Part shown: positions 8,065 through 18,278 of the stretch, piece by piece
How the letters are laid out: each line of letters starts with the position of its first letter
How positions within the stretch are numbered: position 1 is the stretch's first letter
Assembly (NCBI GenBank): GCA_025612375.1
Contig: JAAXKN010000010.1
Span: forward strand, 53,794-117,793
Reading direction: 5' to 3'
Length of the DNA: 64,000 nt
From: Ignavibacteria bacterium
Lineage (GTDB): Bacteria > Bacteroidota > Ignavibacteria > Ignavibacteriales > SURF-24
The notes under the pieces: generated by a model
The model's database searches: none
Seen by the model: the letters and a program-made list of their open reading frames with translations, nothing else
Told to the model about the DNA's origin: nothing
Program-made: the position numbers and the translations under genes

Positions 8065-9966
8065 TTAATCTGTAATTTCGCCGTTTTTAATTTTTTCAAG
8101 CTCTTCCCATCTTTCGTAGAGCTCTTTTACCCTCTGTTTTGCCTTCTCCAGCTCCATGTTCAGCTCATTGGTCTGACGGGCATATTTTTCATAGAAGTCG
8201 CCTGAGGAGAATATGCCCTCAATTCTTGAAACTTCTCCTTCTGCAGCCATAATGTCGCCTTCAATTGCCTCAAGCTCGCGGGCTTCTTTCCATTTAAGCT
8301 TTCTGACAAGAGGCTTGGGTTTTTCAGAAGGTTTTTCCTTTGGCATCTGAGGCACGGCCTTTTGCTCAGCTTCCTTAAGCCTTAACTTTCTTTTCTCCAG
8401 ATAGTAGTCGTAGTCCCCTTCGCTAAAATACACATTTCCGTCTCCCTCGAATGCAAGAATTCCGTTGCAGACGCGGTTAAGAAAATACCTGTCGTGGCTT
8501 ACAACTATAACACAACCTTCAAAGGCAATTAAAGCCTCCTCCAGTATTCTGAGCGTCGGAAGGTCGAGGTCATTTGTAGGTTCATCAAGTATGAGGAAAT
8601 TCCCCCCGTTTTTCAGTATACGCGCCAGAAGGAGCCTGCTTTTTTCGCCCCCCGAGAGGCGCTCAATTCTAGTGTTTATCCTGTCATCTGTAAAAAGGAA
8701 ACGCCTTAAGTATTTCCAAATTGTAAGCTTTTCCTCGCCGAAATTCACAAAGTCGCGCCCATCGCCTATCTCCTGAAGCACCGTATTATTTTCATTTAGA
8801 AGGATGCGCGTCTGATCAACATAATTAAAAAATGTCCTTTCTCCCGTTTCAACCCTTCCCGACTCCGGAGCCACATCTCCCAGAATGACCTTAAGGAGTG
8901 TGGTCTTTCCAAGCCCGTTTCTTCCCACAATGCCCAGTTTTCTGCCCCGTTCAAATATGAAATTGAGGTCGTGAAAAAGCCTTTTTCCTCCCATTTCAGC
9001 CGCAAGATTTTTCATCTCAAGGATCTTTGTCCCGGGTTTTACAGCAGGCGGAATTATCATTTCCACATCCAGCTCCTTTTCAGGGGGGCCTTGTGAGGCA
9101 ACTTCAAAGTAGTGGTCCAAACGGCTTTTTGCTTTTGTTCTTCTTGCCCTGGGTCCTTTTCTGACCCATTCAAGCTCGCGTCTTAAGAAAGCCTGGCGCT
9201 TGTTTTCTTCCTGCTCCTGGTTATACTCCCTTTCGGCCTTATTTATCAGGTAGTCCGTGTAATTTCCCGCGTGCGAAAAGAATCTTCCGTTCGAGAGCTC
9301 GACTATGCGGTTGGCAATACGGTCCAGGAAGTAACGGTCGTGTGTCACGAAAAGGCACGTACCTGAATAGCCGGCAAGAAATTCCTCTGTCCATTCAATT
9401 GATTCTGTGTCCAGGTGGTTTGTAGGCTCGTCAAGAATGAGAAAATCCGGGTGCGCAATAAGAGCCTTGCACATTGCAACGCGCCTTTTTTCACCTCCCG
9501 ACAGGTTGCCCGTCATTTTCTGGCCATCAGGAGCATTAAGGGAATGCATTATTATATTGATCCTCTGATCCAGATTCCAGCCGTCTGCAGCTATGATCTT
9601 TTCTTCCAGGAGGTGTCTTTTGTCTGAATCGTGAGGAAGTGTTTCATATTCGTGAAGCAGCGCTTTAACGGCGCTTGCGCCTTCAAGTATATTTTCATAG
9701 ACGGTCTTTTTATCCTCAAGAGTAAACTCCTGCGAAAGATAGCCCGTTCTCAAGTCGCGCTTTCTTGAGACGCCTCCAGAATCGGGCTCCAGCAGCCCGG
9801 CAATGATTTTCAGGAATGTGGATTTGCCTGAGCCGTTTCTTCCAATGAGGCCTATGCGGTCCCCTTCGTGTATCGAAAGCGAGGCCTTATCCAGTATTAC
9901 CTGCTCGCCGTAATGTACTTCAAGCTCACTTGCTGTTACTATAACAGGATTTATATTATTAGACAT
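8065..9966 (-). CDS. ABC-F family ATPase (Uup/YheS-like, two ABC domains plus C-terminal coiled coil)
   Basis: Walker [10 protein letters not shown] and GRNGLGKTT. Signatures LSGGEKRR and LSGGEKSR. No TM segments. Lys/Glu-rich C-terminal tail. Confidence 0.9.
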   Translation of the reverse strand: MSNNINPVIVTASELEVHYGEQVILDKASLSIHEGDRIGLIGRNGSGKSTFLKIIAGLLEPDSGGVSRKRDLRTGYLSQEFTLEDKKTVYENILEGASAVKALLHEYETLPHDSDKRHLLEEKIIAADGWNLDQRINIIMHSLNAPDGQKMTGNLSGGEKRRVAMCKALIAHPDFLILDEPTNHLDTESIEWTEEFLAGYSGTCLFVTHDRYFLDRIANRIVELSNGRFFSHAGNYTDYLINKAEREYNQEQEENKRQAFLRRELEWVRKGPRARRTKAKSRLDHYFEVASQGPPEKELDVEMIIPPAVKPGTKILEMKNLAAEMGGKRLFHDLNFIFERGRKLGIVGRNGLGKTTLLKVILGDVAPESGRVETGERTFFNYVDQTRILLNENNTVLQEIGDGRDFVNFGEEKLTIWKYLRRFLFTDDRINTRIERLSGGEKSRLLLARILKNGGNFLILDEPTNDLDLPTLRILEEALIAFEGCVIVVSHDRYFLNRVCNGILAFEGDGNVYFSEGDYDYYLEKRKLRLKEAEQKAVPQMPKEKPSEKPKPLVRKLKWKEARELEAIEGDIMAAEGEVSRIEGIFSSGDFYEKYARQTNELNMELEKAKQRVKELYERWEELEKIKNGEITD

Positions 9967-10142
9967 TCTTCCCGGTTTTTCTTTGAAAAATTAAGATACC
10001 AATATAAGAAAATTCCACCTCCCAAACCCCCACTATCACAACTGCGCCGCCCTGTTTTCTTTAGCTGTAAATGTGCATTGAAATTCTATGCCCAAATTCT
10101 ATATTGATTTTATTAGTTAATTTATGAGAGGAGAAGTATACT

Positions 10143-11009
10143 ATGAGTAAAACTACAGGAAAGCCCCAGGAAGTTCCGGCACAGCAGCAGGCGGAACCCG
10201 GGCACCAGAGGAAAATGCATCCGGAGCCTGAGATTATCCGCCCTAATTATAAAGGCTCAGGAAAGCTTGAAGGCAAAGTAGCACTGATTACTGGTGGCGA
10301 CTCAGGCATCGGGCGCTCGGTGGCTGTGCATTATACACGCGAGGGGGCCGAAGTGGCAATTATTTATCTTAGTGAGCATAAAGACGCTCAGGATACAAGA
10401 AAGCTGGTTGAAAAAGAAGGCAAGGAATGCCTCCTTATTGCGGGGGACGTTGGCGATAAGGAGTTCTGCAAGGACGCGGTAAAGAAAGTTATGGAGGAGT
10501 TTGGAAAGATAAATATTCTTGTCAATAATGCCGCAGAGCAGCATCCGGAAGAGGACCTGCAGGAGATGGATATGGACGAGATGGAAAAGACTTTCCGCAC
10601 CAATATCTTTTCAATGTTTTACTTAAGCCAGCAGGTGTTAAAACATATGTCAAAGGGGGACTGCATCATTAACACAACCAGTGTCACAGCTTTCAGAGGG
10701 CAGAAGGTGCTTCTGGATTACTCCTCAACCAAGGGTGCAATTACCTCTTTTACACGTTCACTGAGCCTCAATCTGGCTGAAAAAGGGATCAGGGTAAACG
10801 GCGTGGCACCGGGCCCAATATGGACGCCACTAATTCCATCAACCTTTCCTGAGGACAAGGTGAAAAATTTCGGGAAGGATACCCCGTTAGGACGCCCCGG
10901 CCAGCCGAGCGAAGTGGCCACGGCCTACGTTTTCCTTGCATGCGATGACGCTTCCTATATCACGGGACAGATAATCCATCCTAACGGAGGCGAGGTAATA
11001 AATACCTGA
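10143..11009 (+). CDS. SDR-family oxidoreductase (YhdF/YghA general-stress-protein-39-like)
   Basis: TGGDSGIGRS cofactor motif and YSSTKGA catalytic YxxxK. GAGGAG RBS upstream of the ATG. Confidence 0.85.
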   Translation: MSKTTGKPQEVPAQQQAEPGHQRKMHPEPEIIRPNYKGSGKLEGKVALITGGDSGIGRSVAVHYTREGAEVAIIYLSEHKDAQDTRKLVEKEGKECLLIAGDVGDKEFCKDAVKKVMEEFGKINILVNNAAEQHPEEDLQEMDMDEMEKTFRTNIFSMFYLSQQVLKHMSKGDCIINTTSVTAFRGQKVLLDYSSTKGAITSFTRSLSLNLAEKGIRVNGVAPGPIWTPLIPSTFPEDKVKNFGKDTPLGRPGQPSEVATAYVFLACDDASYITGQIIHPNGGEVINT

Positions 11010-11028
11010 AAATAATTTCTCAGGATGT

Positions 11029-11063
11029 AAAGATGCATGACTTTTTTGAGGCCATGCATCTTT
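11029..11063 (+). terminator. intrinsic terminator-like hairpin after the SDR gene
   Basis: AAAGATGCATG (11029..11039) pairs perfectly with CATGCATCTTT (11053..11063). 13-nt loop, T-rich 3' side. Confidence 0.55.
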
Positions 11064-11219
11064 ATATTCAAACTGTCCGTTTTTGAGTTCATCCCTTAAA
11101 TCCTGCCGCTGAACTTTTACTCCCTTATTCTTCTGTCCTCCTGCTTCCGGCTTTAATCGGGTGACTCGATTTTGTTCTTTGAACTTTGTACCTTAACATT
11201 TGAATTTTAAGGAATTTTA

Positions 11220-12008
11220 ATGGAAACTGCACTCATTACAGGCGCTTCAGAGGGAATCGGATATGAAATGGCAAAGATCATGGCCCGCAATAATTTCAAC
11301 CTTGTTGTTACAGCCAGGCGCGGGGAAGTACTCAGGGAGCTGAAAAAAGAGCTCGAGGCTTCATATGGCGTCAGCGTCAGGGTAATACCGGCGGACCTTT
11401 CAGAAATGGAATCCGTAAAAAAAATCTGTTATGAGTTAAAAAAGGATAACATCGATATAGATATACTGATTAATAATGCGGGCTTTGGCGATTACGGCTT
11501 CTTTGTTGAATCGGACTGGGATAAAAGCTATAAGATGATTGAACTGAACATTGCGGCCCTTAGCTATCTTACGCACATTTTCGGACGTGAAATGGCCGTG
11601 CGGGGCAAAGGACGCATACTGAACGTGGCTTCTACGGCAGCTTTTCAGCCGGGGCCTTTAATGGCAGTTTACTACGCCACCAAAGCATACGTCCTTTCAT
11701 TTTCAGAAGCGCTTGCAAATGAACTTAAGGATAAGGGGATTACTGTGACGGCCCTCTGCCCGGGCCCGACAACATCCGGTTTCCAGAGGCGGGCAAGCCT
11801 GAAAAACGTGCGCCTGTTTGAAAAAAGCCGCTCAGCTTCTTCAGAGGAAGTTGCTCTGTACGGCTTCAGGGCGATGATGAAGGGTAAGGTGATTGCAATC
11901 CACGGACTCTTAAACAGAATTGTTGCCAACAGCGTCCGCTTCTTCCCCAGGCACCTCATCAGAGCCTCGGTCAGGTTCATCCAGGAAACCACAAAAGAGG
12001 AAATGTAA
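11220..12008 (+). CDS. SDR-family short-chain dehydrogenase
   Basis: TGASEGIGYE glycine-rich motif, NNAG, YYATKAY catalytic motif. Confidence 0.85.
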   Translation: METALITGASEGIGYEMAKIMARNNFNLVVTARRGEVLRELKKELEASYGVSVRVIPADLSEMESVKKICYELKKDNIDIDILINNAGFGDYGFFVESDWDKSYKMIELNIAALSYLTHIFGREMAVRGKGRILNVASTAAFQPGPLMAVYYATKAYVLSFSEALANELKDKGITVTALCPGPTTSGFQRRASLKNVRLFEKSRSASSEEVALYGFRAMMKGKVIAIHGLLNRIVANSVRFFPRHLIRASVRFIQETTKEEM

Positions 12009-12067
12009 AAAGAGGAATTCTTAAAACCAGGAAACCTTAAAACAGGAATATTAACACAGGACTTTAG

Positions 12068-13408
12068 ATGCTCAAATTGCCCACTTACCTGCGAGTTTTT
12101 AAGAAGCAGACCGTATCACTTTTAATTGTGCTTATAGTGATCTCGGAAATTCTTTATCTTTCACTCTACTTAAACTTAAGTCAGCCGATAATTGTATATA
12201 CATCTGTTGCAGTCTTAAATTCACTTATTTTTATCGTAATCTGTTTTGTGCTGCTGAAAAATGAGAGCAGTACGCGCCTGGCCTATACGCTTATTGCCGT
12301 CGGGATACTGTTCCGCCTTACAGCGCTTTTCTACCCCCCTACGGCCTCAGACGACATTAACCGCTACATCTGGGACGGCAAGGTGCAGGCCAATGGCATC
12401 AATCCTTACAGGTATGCTCCGGCTGATTCGAGCCTGAATTTCCTTCACTCTGAGAACCTCCCGTCAAAGGTAAATTTTCCCAGGATGAAGTCCATTTATC
12501 CGCCCGTTGCGCAGGTTATTTTCTTTGCCTCATATAAGCTCTTTGGTGAAAGCTACCTGGGATACAAACTCTTTTTATTTATTTTTGAGATACTGTCCAT
12601 AATACTTGTTCTTGTTCTCCTGAGGCAATTAAGGCGACCGGAATCATTCGTGGGCCTTTATGCCTTGTGCCCGCTGCCCGTAATGCAGTTTATGATAGAC
12701 GGCCACGTGGACGCCCTCGGCATCCCTTTTCTTATACTGTCAATAATTTTATTCTTCAGGCGCAAGAAATTCTGGTTCTTCCTGGTGCTGGGTCTTTCAA
12801 TTTCAACCAAGCTTATTGCAGGAATGATACTTCCCTACACCGCTTATGAGCTGGAACGCAAATGGATAAAGAAGCTTCTGGCCTGCATTATTGTGCTGCT
12901 GTTTTTTGCGCTTACATATGTGCCTTATCTAACAGGAGGCGTATTCCCGTTTGAGGCCCTTATGACTTTTAGTACCAACTGGACCTTTAACGGATCGGCC
13001 TTCAGTGTGTTTTTTGACATACTGGGCGATAACCAGAAAGCACGGCTTGTTTCGGCAGCCCTGTTTATTGTTGCAGGCGTCTACATCTTCTTCAGGCATG
13101 AGGGTGTAATGGAAAAGATGTACATGATATTCTTCGCATTTTTCCTCCTCTCCCCTACGGTTCATCCCTGGTATCTGACGTGGCTGGCAGTGCTGCTTCC
13201 TTTAAGCTTCAGGTGGAGCGGGGTTTTGTTTGTAGCGCTTGTGAGCCTGGCTAATTACGTTGTATCAGGCTACATATTAAAGGGTGTGTGGCAAATGCCG
13301 GTCTTCATTCTGCTTGCAGAATATATGCCGGTTTACATTATGCTGGTATGGGAATTCTTAAGGGGCAGAAGATTTACTTCAAAGTGGCATTTTCATCAAA
13401 CTCACTGA
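12068..13408 (+). CDS. polytopic membrane glycosyltransferase-like protein (GT87/DUF2029-like)
   Basis: 446 aa, more than 10 hydrophobic segments. A DDINRYIWDG loop after TM segments resembles the acidic loop motif of GT-C type mannosyltransferases. Confidence 0.55.
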   Translation: MLKLPTYLRVFKKQTVSLLIVLIVISEILYLSLYLNLSQPIIVYTSVAVLNSLIFIVICFVLLKNESSTRLAYTLIAVGILFRLTALFYPPTASDDINRYIWDGKVQANGINPYRYAPADSSLNFLHSENLPSKVNFPRMKSIYPPVAQVIFFASYKLFGESYLGYKLFLFIFEILSIILVLVLLRQLRRPESFVGLYALCPLPVMQFMIDGHVDALGIPFLILSIILFFRRKKFWFFLVLGLSISTKLIAGMILPYTAYELERKWIKKLLACIIVLLFFALTYVPYLTGGVFPFEALMTFSTNWTFNGSAFSVFFDILGDNQKARLVSAALFIVAGVYIFFRHEGVMEKMYMIFFAFFLLSPTVHPWYLTWLAVLLPLSFRWSGVLFVALVSLANYVVSGYILKGVWQMPVFILLAEYMPVYIMLVWEFLRGRRFTSKWHFHQTH

Positions 13409-13562
13409 CTTCAACAAGGTCGCATTCGCCGGGTGCAATTATCGAGAGATCTTCTTCATTGGAGGCGGGCTGAGGCTTGCGGATTTTTACAATCTGCAGG
13501 ACTAAAAATGTAACTATTACAAATGCAGTAATCATAATCAGCTCGGTGCTCATATCAGACAT
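13374..13562 (-). CDS. possible small single-pass membrane protein (hypothetical)
   Basis: 62-aa ORF with an N-terminal hydrophobic helix and an acidic tail. GAGGA upstream of the ATG cluster. Overlaps the 3' end of the convergent gene by 35 nt. Confidence 0.2.
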   Translation of the reverse strand: MSDMSTELIMITAFVIVTFLVLQIVKIRKPQPASNEEDLSIIAPGECDLVEVSEFDENATLK

Positions 13563-13682
13563 TCCTCATATAAATATATTGTCAGGTTTCTCTACCCCGA
13601 ACATATAAAACGGTAAAGGCTTTGTCAAGAGCAATTAAACAGAATAAAACAAAAAATGGTGTGATTTAAGGCAAGTGAAAGC

Positions 13683-13709
13683 CCCGGGGCAAAAAATGTG
13701 AGCCCCGGG
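13683..13709 (-). terminator. GC-rich hairpin downstream of the S15 peptidase gene
   Basis: CCCGGGGC (13683..13690) is complementary to GCCCCGGG (13702..13709). The loop contains an A/T run. Lies between convergent genes. Confidence 0.45.
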
Positions 13710-13728
13710 ACTATAACAAAATTACTTA

Positions 13729-15624
13729 TTACCTGTTTGAAATATCCTTTGCAAGCTTACCAACAATGAGCCTTGAGGGATACTTTGCTGAGTGGTAGAT
13801 CCTTTCATTGGCTTTCTGGAAGTCGGAATCCTTAGCCTCATAAATATTTACGAACTTCTGAGGGTTCCTGTCCGACAAGGGGAACCATGAGCTCTGGATC
13901 TGAACCATTATCTTATGCCCTTTCTTAAAAGAGTGGTTTATATCCTGAAGAGTGAAACTGACTTTTGTAACCTTGTTTGGCACCATGGCCTCAGGCTTTT
14001 CAAAGCTGTTTCTGTAGCGTGCGCGCATTATTTCTCCGCGCACCATCATTTCGTAGCCCCCCATTTTAACGCTGCACGGCTCAGATTCATTGTCCGGCGC
14101 GTCATCCGGGAAAACATCTATGAGTTTAACCACATAATCTGCATCTGTGCCCGAAGTTGAAACGTAAAGTTCTGCCGTTATAGGCCCCGAGAGTGTAATG
14201 TCCTCCTTAAGAATCTCGCCTGTATATGCAAGAACGTCACTGCGCCTTTCAGCAAACCTCTGGTCTTCAACCATATATTCGCGGGGCATATTAGTTGATA
14301 TTTTGCTGGTAAAAGGAACAGGGGCATTAGGGTCGCTTATGTATTCATCATATGAAGTACCCTTATTTTGAGGAGGATTAAAGGAGAGTCCTTTGCCGGA
14401 CTGAATGTAAAGCGAAGTTTCCACTGCGCTTTTCGGAGGCCACTGCTCATAGGTCTTCCACGTGTTCGAGCCTGTTTCAAAAACAGTTGCCTCATTAGGC
14501 GTAAAAGTCCCCTTAGACTTCAGGTAAAAGTTAAAGAACGGGAGCTCAATTTCCTTAAGGAAGTAAGGGCCCGTCTTCTCCTTAAACTGCACGCTTCCAA
14601 GATGATCCCCATCCGAGCGCTCCCAGCCTCCATGGTACCAGGGTCCCATAACAAGTGAGTTTTCAATTCCGGGGTTATTTTTTTCAGCCGACTTATATAC
14701 GTTTAATGCCCCGTAGAGGTCCTCGGCATCAAACCAACCTCCCACGGTGAGAATTGCGGGCTTAAGATTTATAAGGTGTGGAAGAAGGCTCCTTTCCTGC
14801 CAGAACCGGTCGTAATCAGGATGCTTAACGATGTCATTCCAGAACCTGATATCATTCTTGTAATAGTACTTATTGATATTTGAAAGAGAGCCCATATCTA
14901 GGAAAAACTTATAGCCGTCTGGTGTTTCAATTTTGTAGTCAGGAAATGTCCACTTTGTAGTCAGTTCAGGGCGCGGCTTACCGAAAACGCCCAGGAATCC
15001 GAACATGTGTGAAAGCCAGAGTGTACCGTGGCGGTGGAAGTCGTCGTCAATAAACCAGTCCGCAACCGGAGCCTGGGGTGAGACGGCTTTCAGGGCCGGG
15101 TGGCCGTCAATTGCAGCCATTGCGGCATAAAAGCCGGGGTATGAAATTCCCCATATGCCGGCCCGTCCGTTATTATGCCTGACGTTCTTCAAAAGCCAGT
15201 CAATTGTCTCGTATGTGTCGCGGCTTTCATCAAGAGAATCCGGGCTTTCCCTGTTCGGTCTTATGTCTTCATATTCCCCTTCAGACATAAAGCGCCCGCG
15301 CACGTCCTGGTATACAAAAATGTAGCCTTCTTCAGTAAACTCTTTCGAAGGCCCCAGGTGCTCCGGAAAAGAGTTTTCGCCATAAGGCCCCACACTGTAT
15401 GGCGTGCGGTTTAAGAGGAACGGATAGTCCTGCGAAGTATCCTTCGGGACATAAACAGCTGTAAAAAGCCTCACGCCATCCCTCATCGGGATGCGGTATT
15501 CATATTTTGTGTAATGTTCTGCCACATAGAGCGAATCCCCGCTTTCGGCACACAAAATGCCTGAGACAGAAAAGATAATAAGAAAAAGAGCAATTACCTT
15601 GTTTTTCATTTGAAGCTTCTCCAA
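13729..15624 (-). CDS. CocE/NonD-family hydrolase (S15 X-Pro dipeptidyl-peptidase-like), secreted
   Basis: 631 aa. N-terminal signal peptide and nucleophile elbow GISYPG. Overall X-Pro dipeptidyl-peptidase-like pattern, with a C-terminal beta-sandwich region. Confidence 0.85.
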   Translation of the reverse strand: MEKLQMKNKVIALFLIIFSVSGILCAESGDSLYVAEHYTKYEYRIPMRDGVRLFTAVYVPKDTSQDYPFLLNRTPYSVGPYGENSFPEHLGPSKEFTEEGYIFVYQDVRGRFMSEGEYEDIRPNRESPDSLDESRDTYETIDWLLKNVRHNNGRAGIWGISYPGFYAAMAAIDGHPALKAVSPQAPVADWFIDDDFHRHGTLWLSHMFGFLGVFGKPRPELTTKWTFPDYKIETPDGYKFFLDMGSLSNINKYYYKNDIRFWNDIVKHPDYDRFWQERSLLPHLINLKPAILTVGGWFDAEDLYGALNVYKSAEKNNPGIENSLVMGPWYHGGWERSDGDHLGSVQFKEKTGPYFLKEIELPFFNFYLKSKGTFTPNEATVFETGSNTWKTYEQWPPKSAVETSLYIQSGKGLSFNPPQNKGTSYDEYISDPNAPVPFTSKISTNMPREYMVEDQRFAERRSDVLAYTGEILKEDITLSGPITAELYVSTSGTDADYVVKLIDVFPDDAPDNESEPCSVKMGGYEMMVRGEIMRARYRNSFEKPEAMVPNKVTKVSFTLQDINHSFKKGHKIMVQIQSSWFPLSDRNPQKFVNIYEAKDSDFQKANERIYHSAKYPSRLIVGKLAKDISNR

Positions 15625-15789
15625 AGCATTACATTCTATACTGAATTAATTTAACACTACGATCAAGATAATATTTTTTTCGATTATTTACCTCCGGGTC
15701 TCACAAAGAACACTTTTTTATGCTTCATTTTCTTTTTCCCTTTTGCTTTTTCTTATTACTTTGTACTTTTTCTTTTATACTTTGAAATT

Positions 15790-16812
15790 TTGAGCTTCAT
15801 GAGCATACAATATCAAATACTTGGGCTTCCCGGCCGAGACAATGCCATGTTTGTCTGGGTCAACAGCGGTACAAATTTTCAGCGCCTGCTCTTCGACTGC
15901 GGCGAGGGTCTTTTAAGACAGATCAGGCAGCCTGATATTAAAGCCATAGACCACCTTTTCCTCTCTCATACGCACATAGACCATATTGCGGGCTTCGATT
16001 ACTTCTTCAGACGCAACTACGACCGCGAAGGTACGCCGGTTTACGTCTGGGGGCCTGAGAAGACCTCAGAGATTATACACCACAGGCTCCTCGGTTTTAT
16101 CTGGAACCTCATCGGCGGAGCTCCCGGCAAGTGGTACGTTACGGATATAGGAGAGAAAGAAATGGCTTCTTTCAGCTTTAAGACTTCTGAAGGCTTTGAG
16201 TTAAAGCACCCTGAAGGGACTATGGACTTTAACGGAATAGTTCTTGAGACACCGGGATTTGTTGTTAAGGCTGCACTTTTGAACCACATAATTCCAAGTG
16301 TTGCTTACAGTGTTGAGGAAAAAGAATCGCTTAACATCAGTAAGGACAGACTTCAAGGTTCAGGATTTCCTCAGGGCCCTTGGCTTGAGAAGCTGAAGGA
16401 CTTTTCACTGGATGAAAATGAGGTGATTACACTTGAAGGAAAAGATTATGCTCTAAAGGACCTGAGGAAAGAGTTGTTAATCCGGACTCCCGGCGAGAAA
16501 ATAGCATATCTTACAGACTTTATCTATGATGAAGTCTCAAGGCAAAGAGCACTTTCACTTATCAGCAATTGCGATACTGTTGTCTGCGAAAGCCAGTATT
16601 CTTATCACGATGAAGATCTGGCAAAGAAAAATTATCATATGACAACCCATCAGACGGCTTCACTTGCAAAAGAGGCAAATGCAAAGAAGCTAATCTTATT
16701 CCATATTTCAGAACGCTACTCAAGGGAAGAGGACTACCCCATTTTACTCGAAGAAGCCCGGCAGATATTCCCCCAGACTTACTTTCCGGAAGAGTGGGAT
16801 ATTATGGAGTAA
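15790..16812 (+). CDS. MBL-fold metallo-hydrolase, RNase Z/ElaC-like
   Basis: HTHIDH (HxHxDH) motif, DFIYDE and LFHISERY C-terminal motifs. The track start is TTG 15790, but ATG at 15799 (MSIQYQ) is an equally likely start. Confidence 0.75.
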   Translation: MSFMSIQYQILGLPGRDNAMFVWVNSGTNFQRLLFDCGEGLLRQIRQPDIKAIDHLFLSHTHIDHIAGFDYFFRRNYDREGTPVYVWGPEKTSEIIHHRLLGFIWNLIGGAPGKWYVTDIGEKEMASFSFKTSEGFELKHPEGTMDFNGIVLETPGFVVKAALLNHIIPSVAYSVEEKESLNISKDRLQGSGFPQGPWLEKLKDFSLDENEVITLEGKDYALKDLRKELLIRTPGEKIAYLTDFIYDEVSRQRALSLISNCDTVVCESQYSYHDEDLAKKNYHMTTHQTASLAKEANAKKLILFHISERYSREEDYPILLEEARQIFPQTYFPEEWDIME

Positions 16813-16901
16813 CCGCCTGTTTGATCACCCTGCATTTTGTTTTAAAAAACATTATCTTTGGAGGAATTTTTCCAACTCAATTAAGCTGTTAAGAGTAATT
16901 T

Positions 16902-17972
16902 ATGCGCGCAGTACTTGTATTTGTATTTATATTCTTATTTACTCAACCTGGCTTTTGCCAAAAGAACTATTTTTATACAGGAAAAGACTACGGCAGTGAA
17001 GCTCTTTTTAATCCTTTTACTCTCATTATAAACGGCGGCTATGACATTACACAGCTGCAGCTGGTTCCCAATACCCTTACCAGCCACCTTTACGGCAGGA
17101 TGACTAAGAATGTGGTGCAAAATCTGTTCGTGCATCCTTTTCAGACTATTGATAAGTATGGCTGGAAACTTTTCCTCAGGACGGAATTTCTGCCTTTAAG
17201 TTTTAAAAAGGAAGAGCTGCAGTGGATACCGAACTACCAGCAGCACCTGATCGGCGGCGGAATGCTCTATACGGCAATGAAAGAATGGTACGAGCTTCAC
17301 AACGTCCCAGTTCCATGGCTTATGTCTTCAATAACCATCATGGGGCAGCACTTTCTTAATGAGGTCATGGAAACAGGGCCTTATGAGGGCTACAGCGTTG
17401 ATGAGATTTCGGATATTTACATTTTTGACTTAGGCGGAATTTTACTCTTCAGCTTTGATCCCATAAATGAATTCTTCAGCAAGACGCTTAACCTTTCCGA
17501 CTGGTCGCTTCAGGCATCGGTTGCCCTTCCCGATTGGCGAGTTAATGCGGGGCAGTATTTTTCAATAAAATGGAAATTCCCGTTCTCAGAAGACTATTCC
17601 CTTTTCTACCGTTACGGTATGGGGGCTCTCTTCGGAATCTCAAAGAAAGTTAACCCGGAAGACAATCTTTCAGTCGGATTAGGCTTTAAGTCAAAACACC
17701 TTGTTGACGCCAGTAAAGAGATCCGTCAAAGGACAATTGAAACCTCCTGGCACGCAGGAGTATTCTACGACAGGAATAATTCCCTTCTGGCTTCACTTGT
17801 ACTAAGCGGTGTAAAAGAATATTTCTGTATGATAGATATTTACCCGGGGATAATCAAATACCGGAATTTCTCGCCCGGCATATGGTCTGTTATAGGAAGA
17901 AACGGAGAATTTACATTCGGATTTTCAACGAGATATGTTTTTAGTTTAGGATATGAACTGAAAAATCTGTAG
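16902..17972 (+). CDS. hypothetical secreted / outer-membrane protein
   Basis: 356 aa. Cleavable-looking signal peptide (VFVFIFLFTQPGFCQ). Aromatic-rich alternating pattern in the C-terminal half. No motif I can name. Confidence 0.6.
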   Translation: MRAVLVFVFIFLFTQPGFCQKNYFYTGKDYGSEALFNPFTLIINGGYDITQLQLVPNTLTSHLYGRMTKNVVQNLFVHPFQTIDKYGWKLFLRTEFLPLSFKKEELQWIPNYQQHLIGGGMLYTAMKEWYELHNVPVPWLMSSITIMGQHFLNEVMETGPYEGYSVDEISDIYIFDLGGILLFSFDPINEFFSKTLNLSDWSLQASVALPDWRVNAGQYFSIKWKFPFSEDYSLFYRYGMGALFGISKKVNPEDNLSVGLGFKSKHLVDASKEIRQRTIETSWHAGVFYDRNNSLLASLVLSGVKEYFCMIDIYPGIIKYRNFSPGIWSVIGRNGEFTFGFSTRYVFSLGYELKNL

Positions 17973-18278
17973 TATTTACTTACGATGAATAAAAAGAAAT
18001 AGCGCTCAGCAGTCTTTTGCATCATTTTGCATCGGCCTGGAGAGCGCTACCAATCAGATAGGGAGGTGTTCAATAATATTTTAATTTTATATTTTCTTAT
18101 AAACAAACCGTTTGCACACAATCAGATATTTTGTGCCTGAAGTCACCTTTTCTAACACCTGTGTAGATTGAAGCTTCCCTTCCTGAGTCTCACTTTTCCA
18201 TTTTTACTTTTTTCCTTTCTCCCATTTCCTTTATATATTTCTACATTCGAAGTTTGATTTTATTTTAAGGAGATACAG

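Noticed and set aside
18000-18049. An 8-bp inverted repeat, TAGCGCTC...GAGCGCTA, with a 34-nt loop containing a tandem TTTTGCATC repeat, downstream of the hypothetical secreted-protein gene.
   Set aside because: The loop is too large for a confident terminator and no U-tract follows. With only a single copy I cannot distinguish it from chance. I kept it only as a note.
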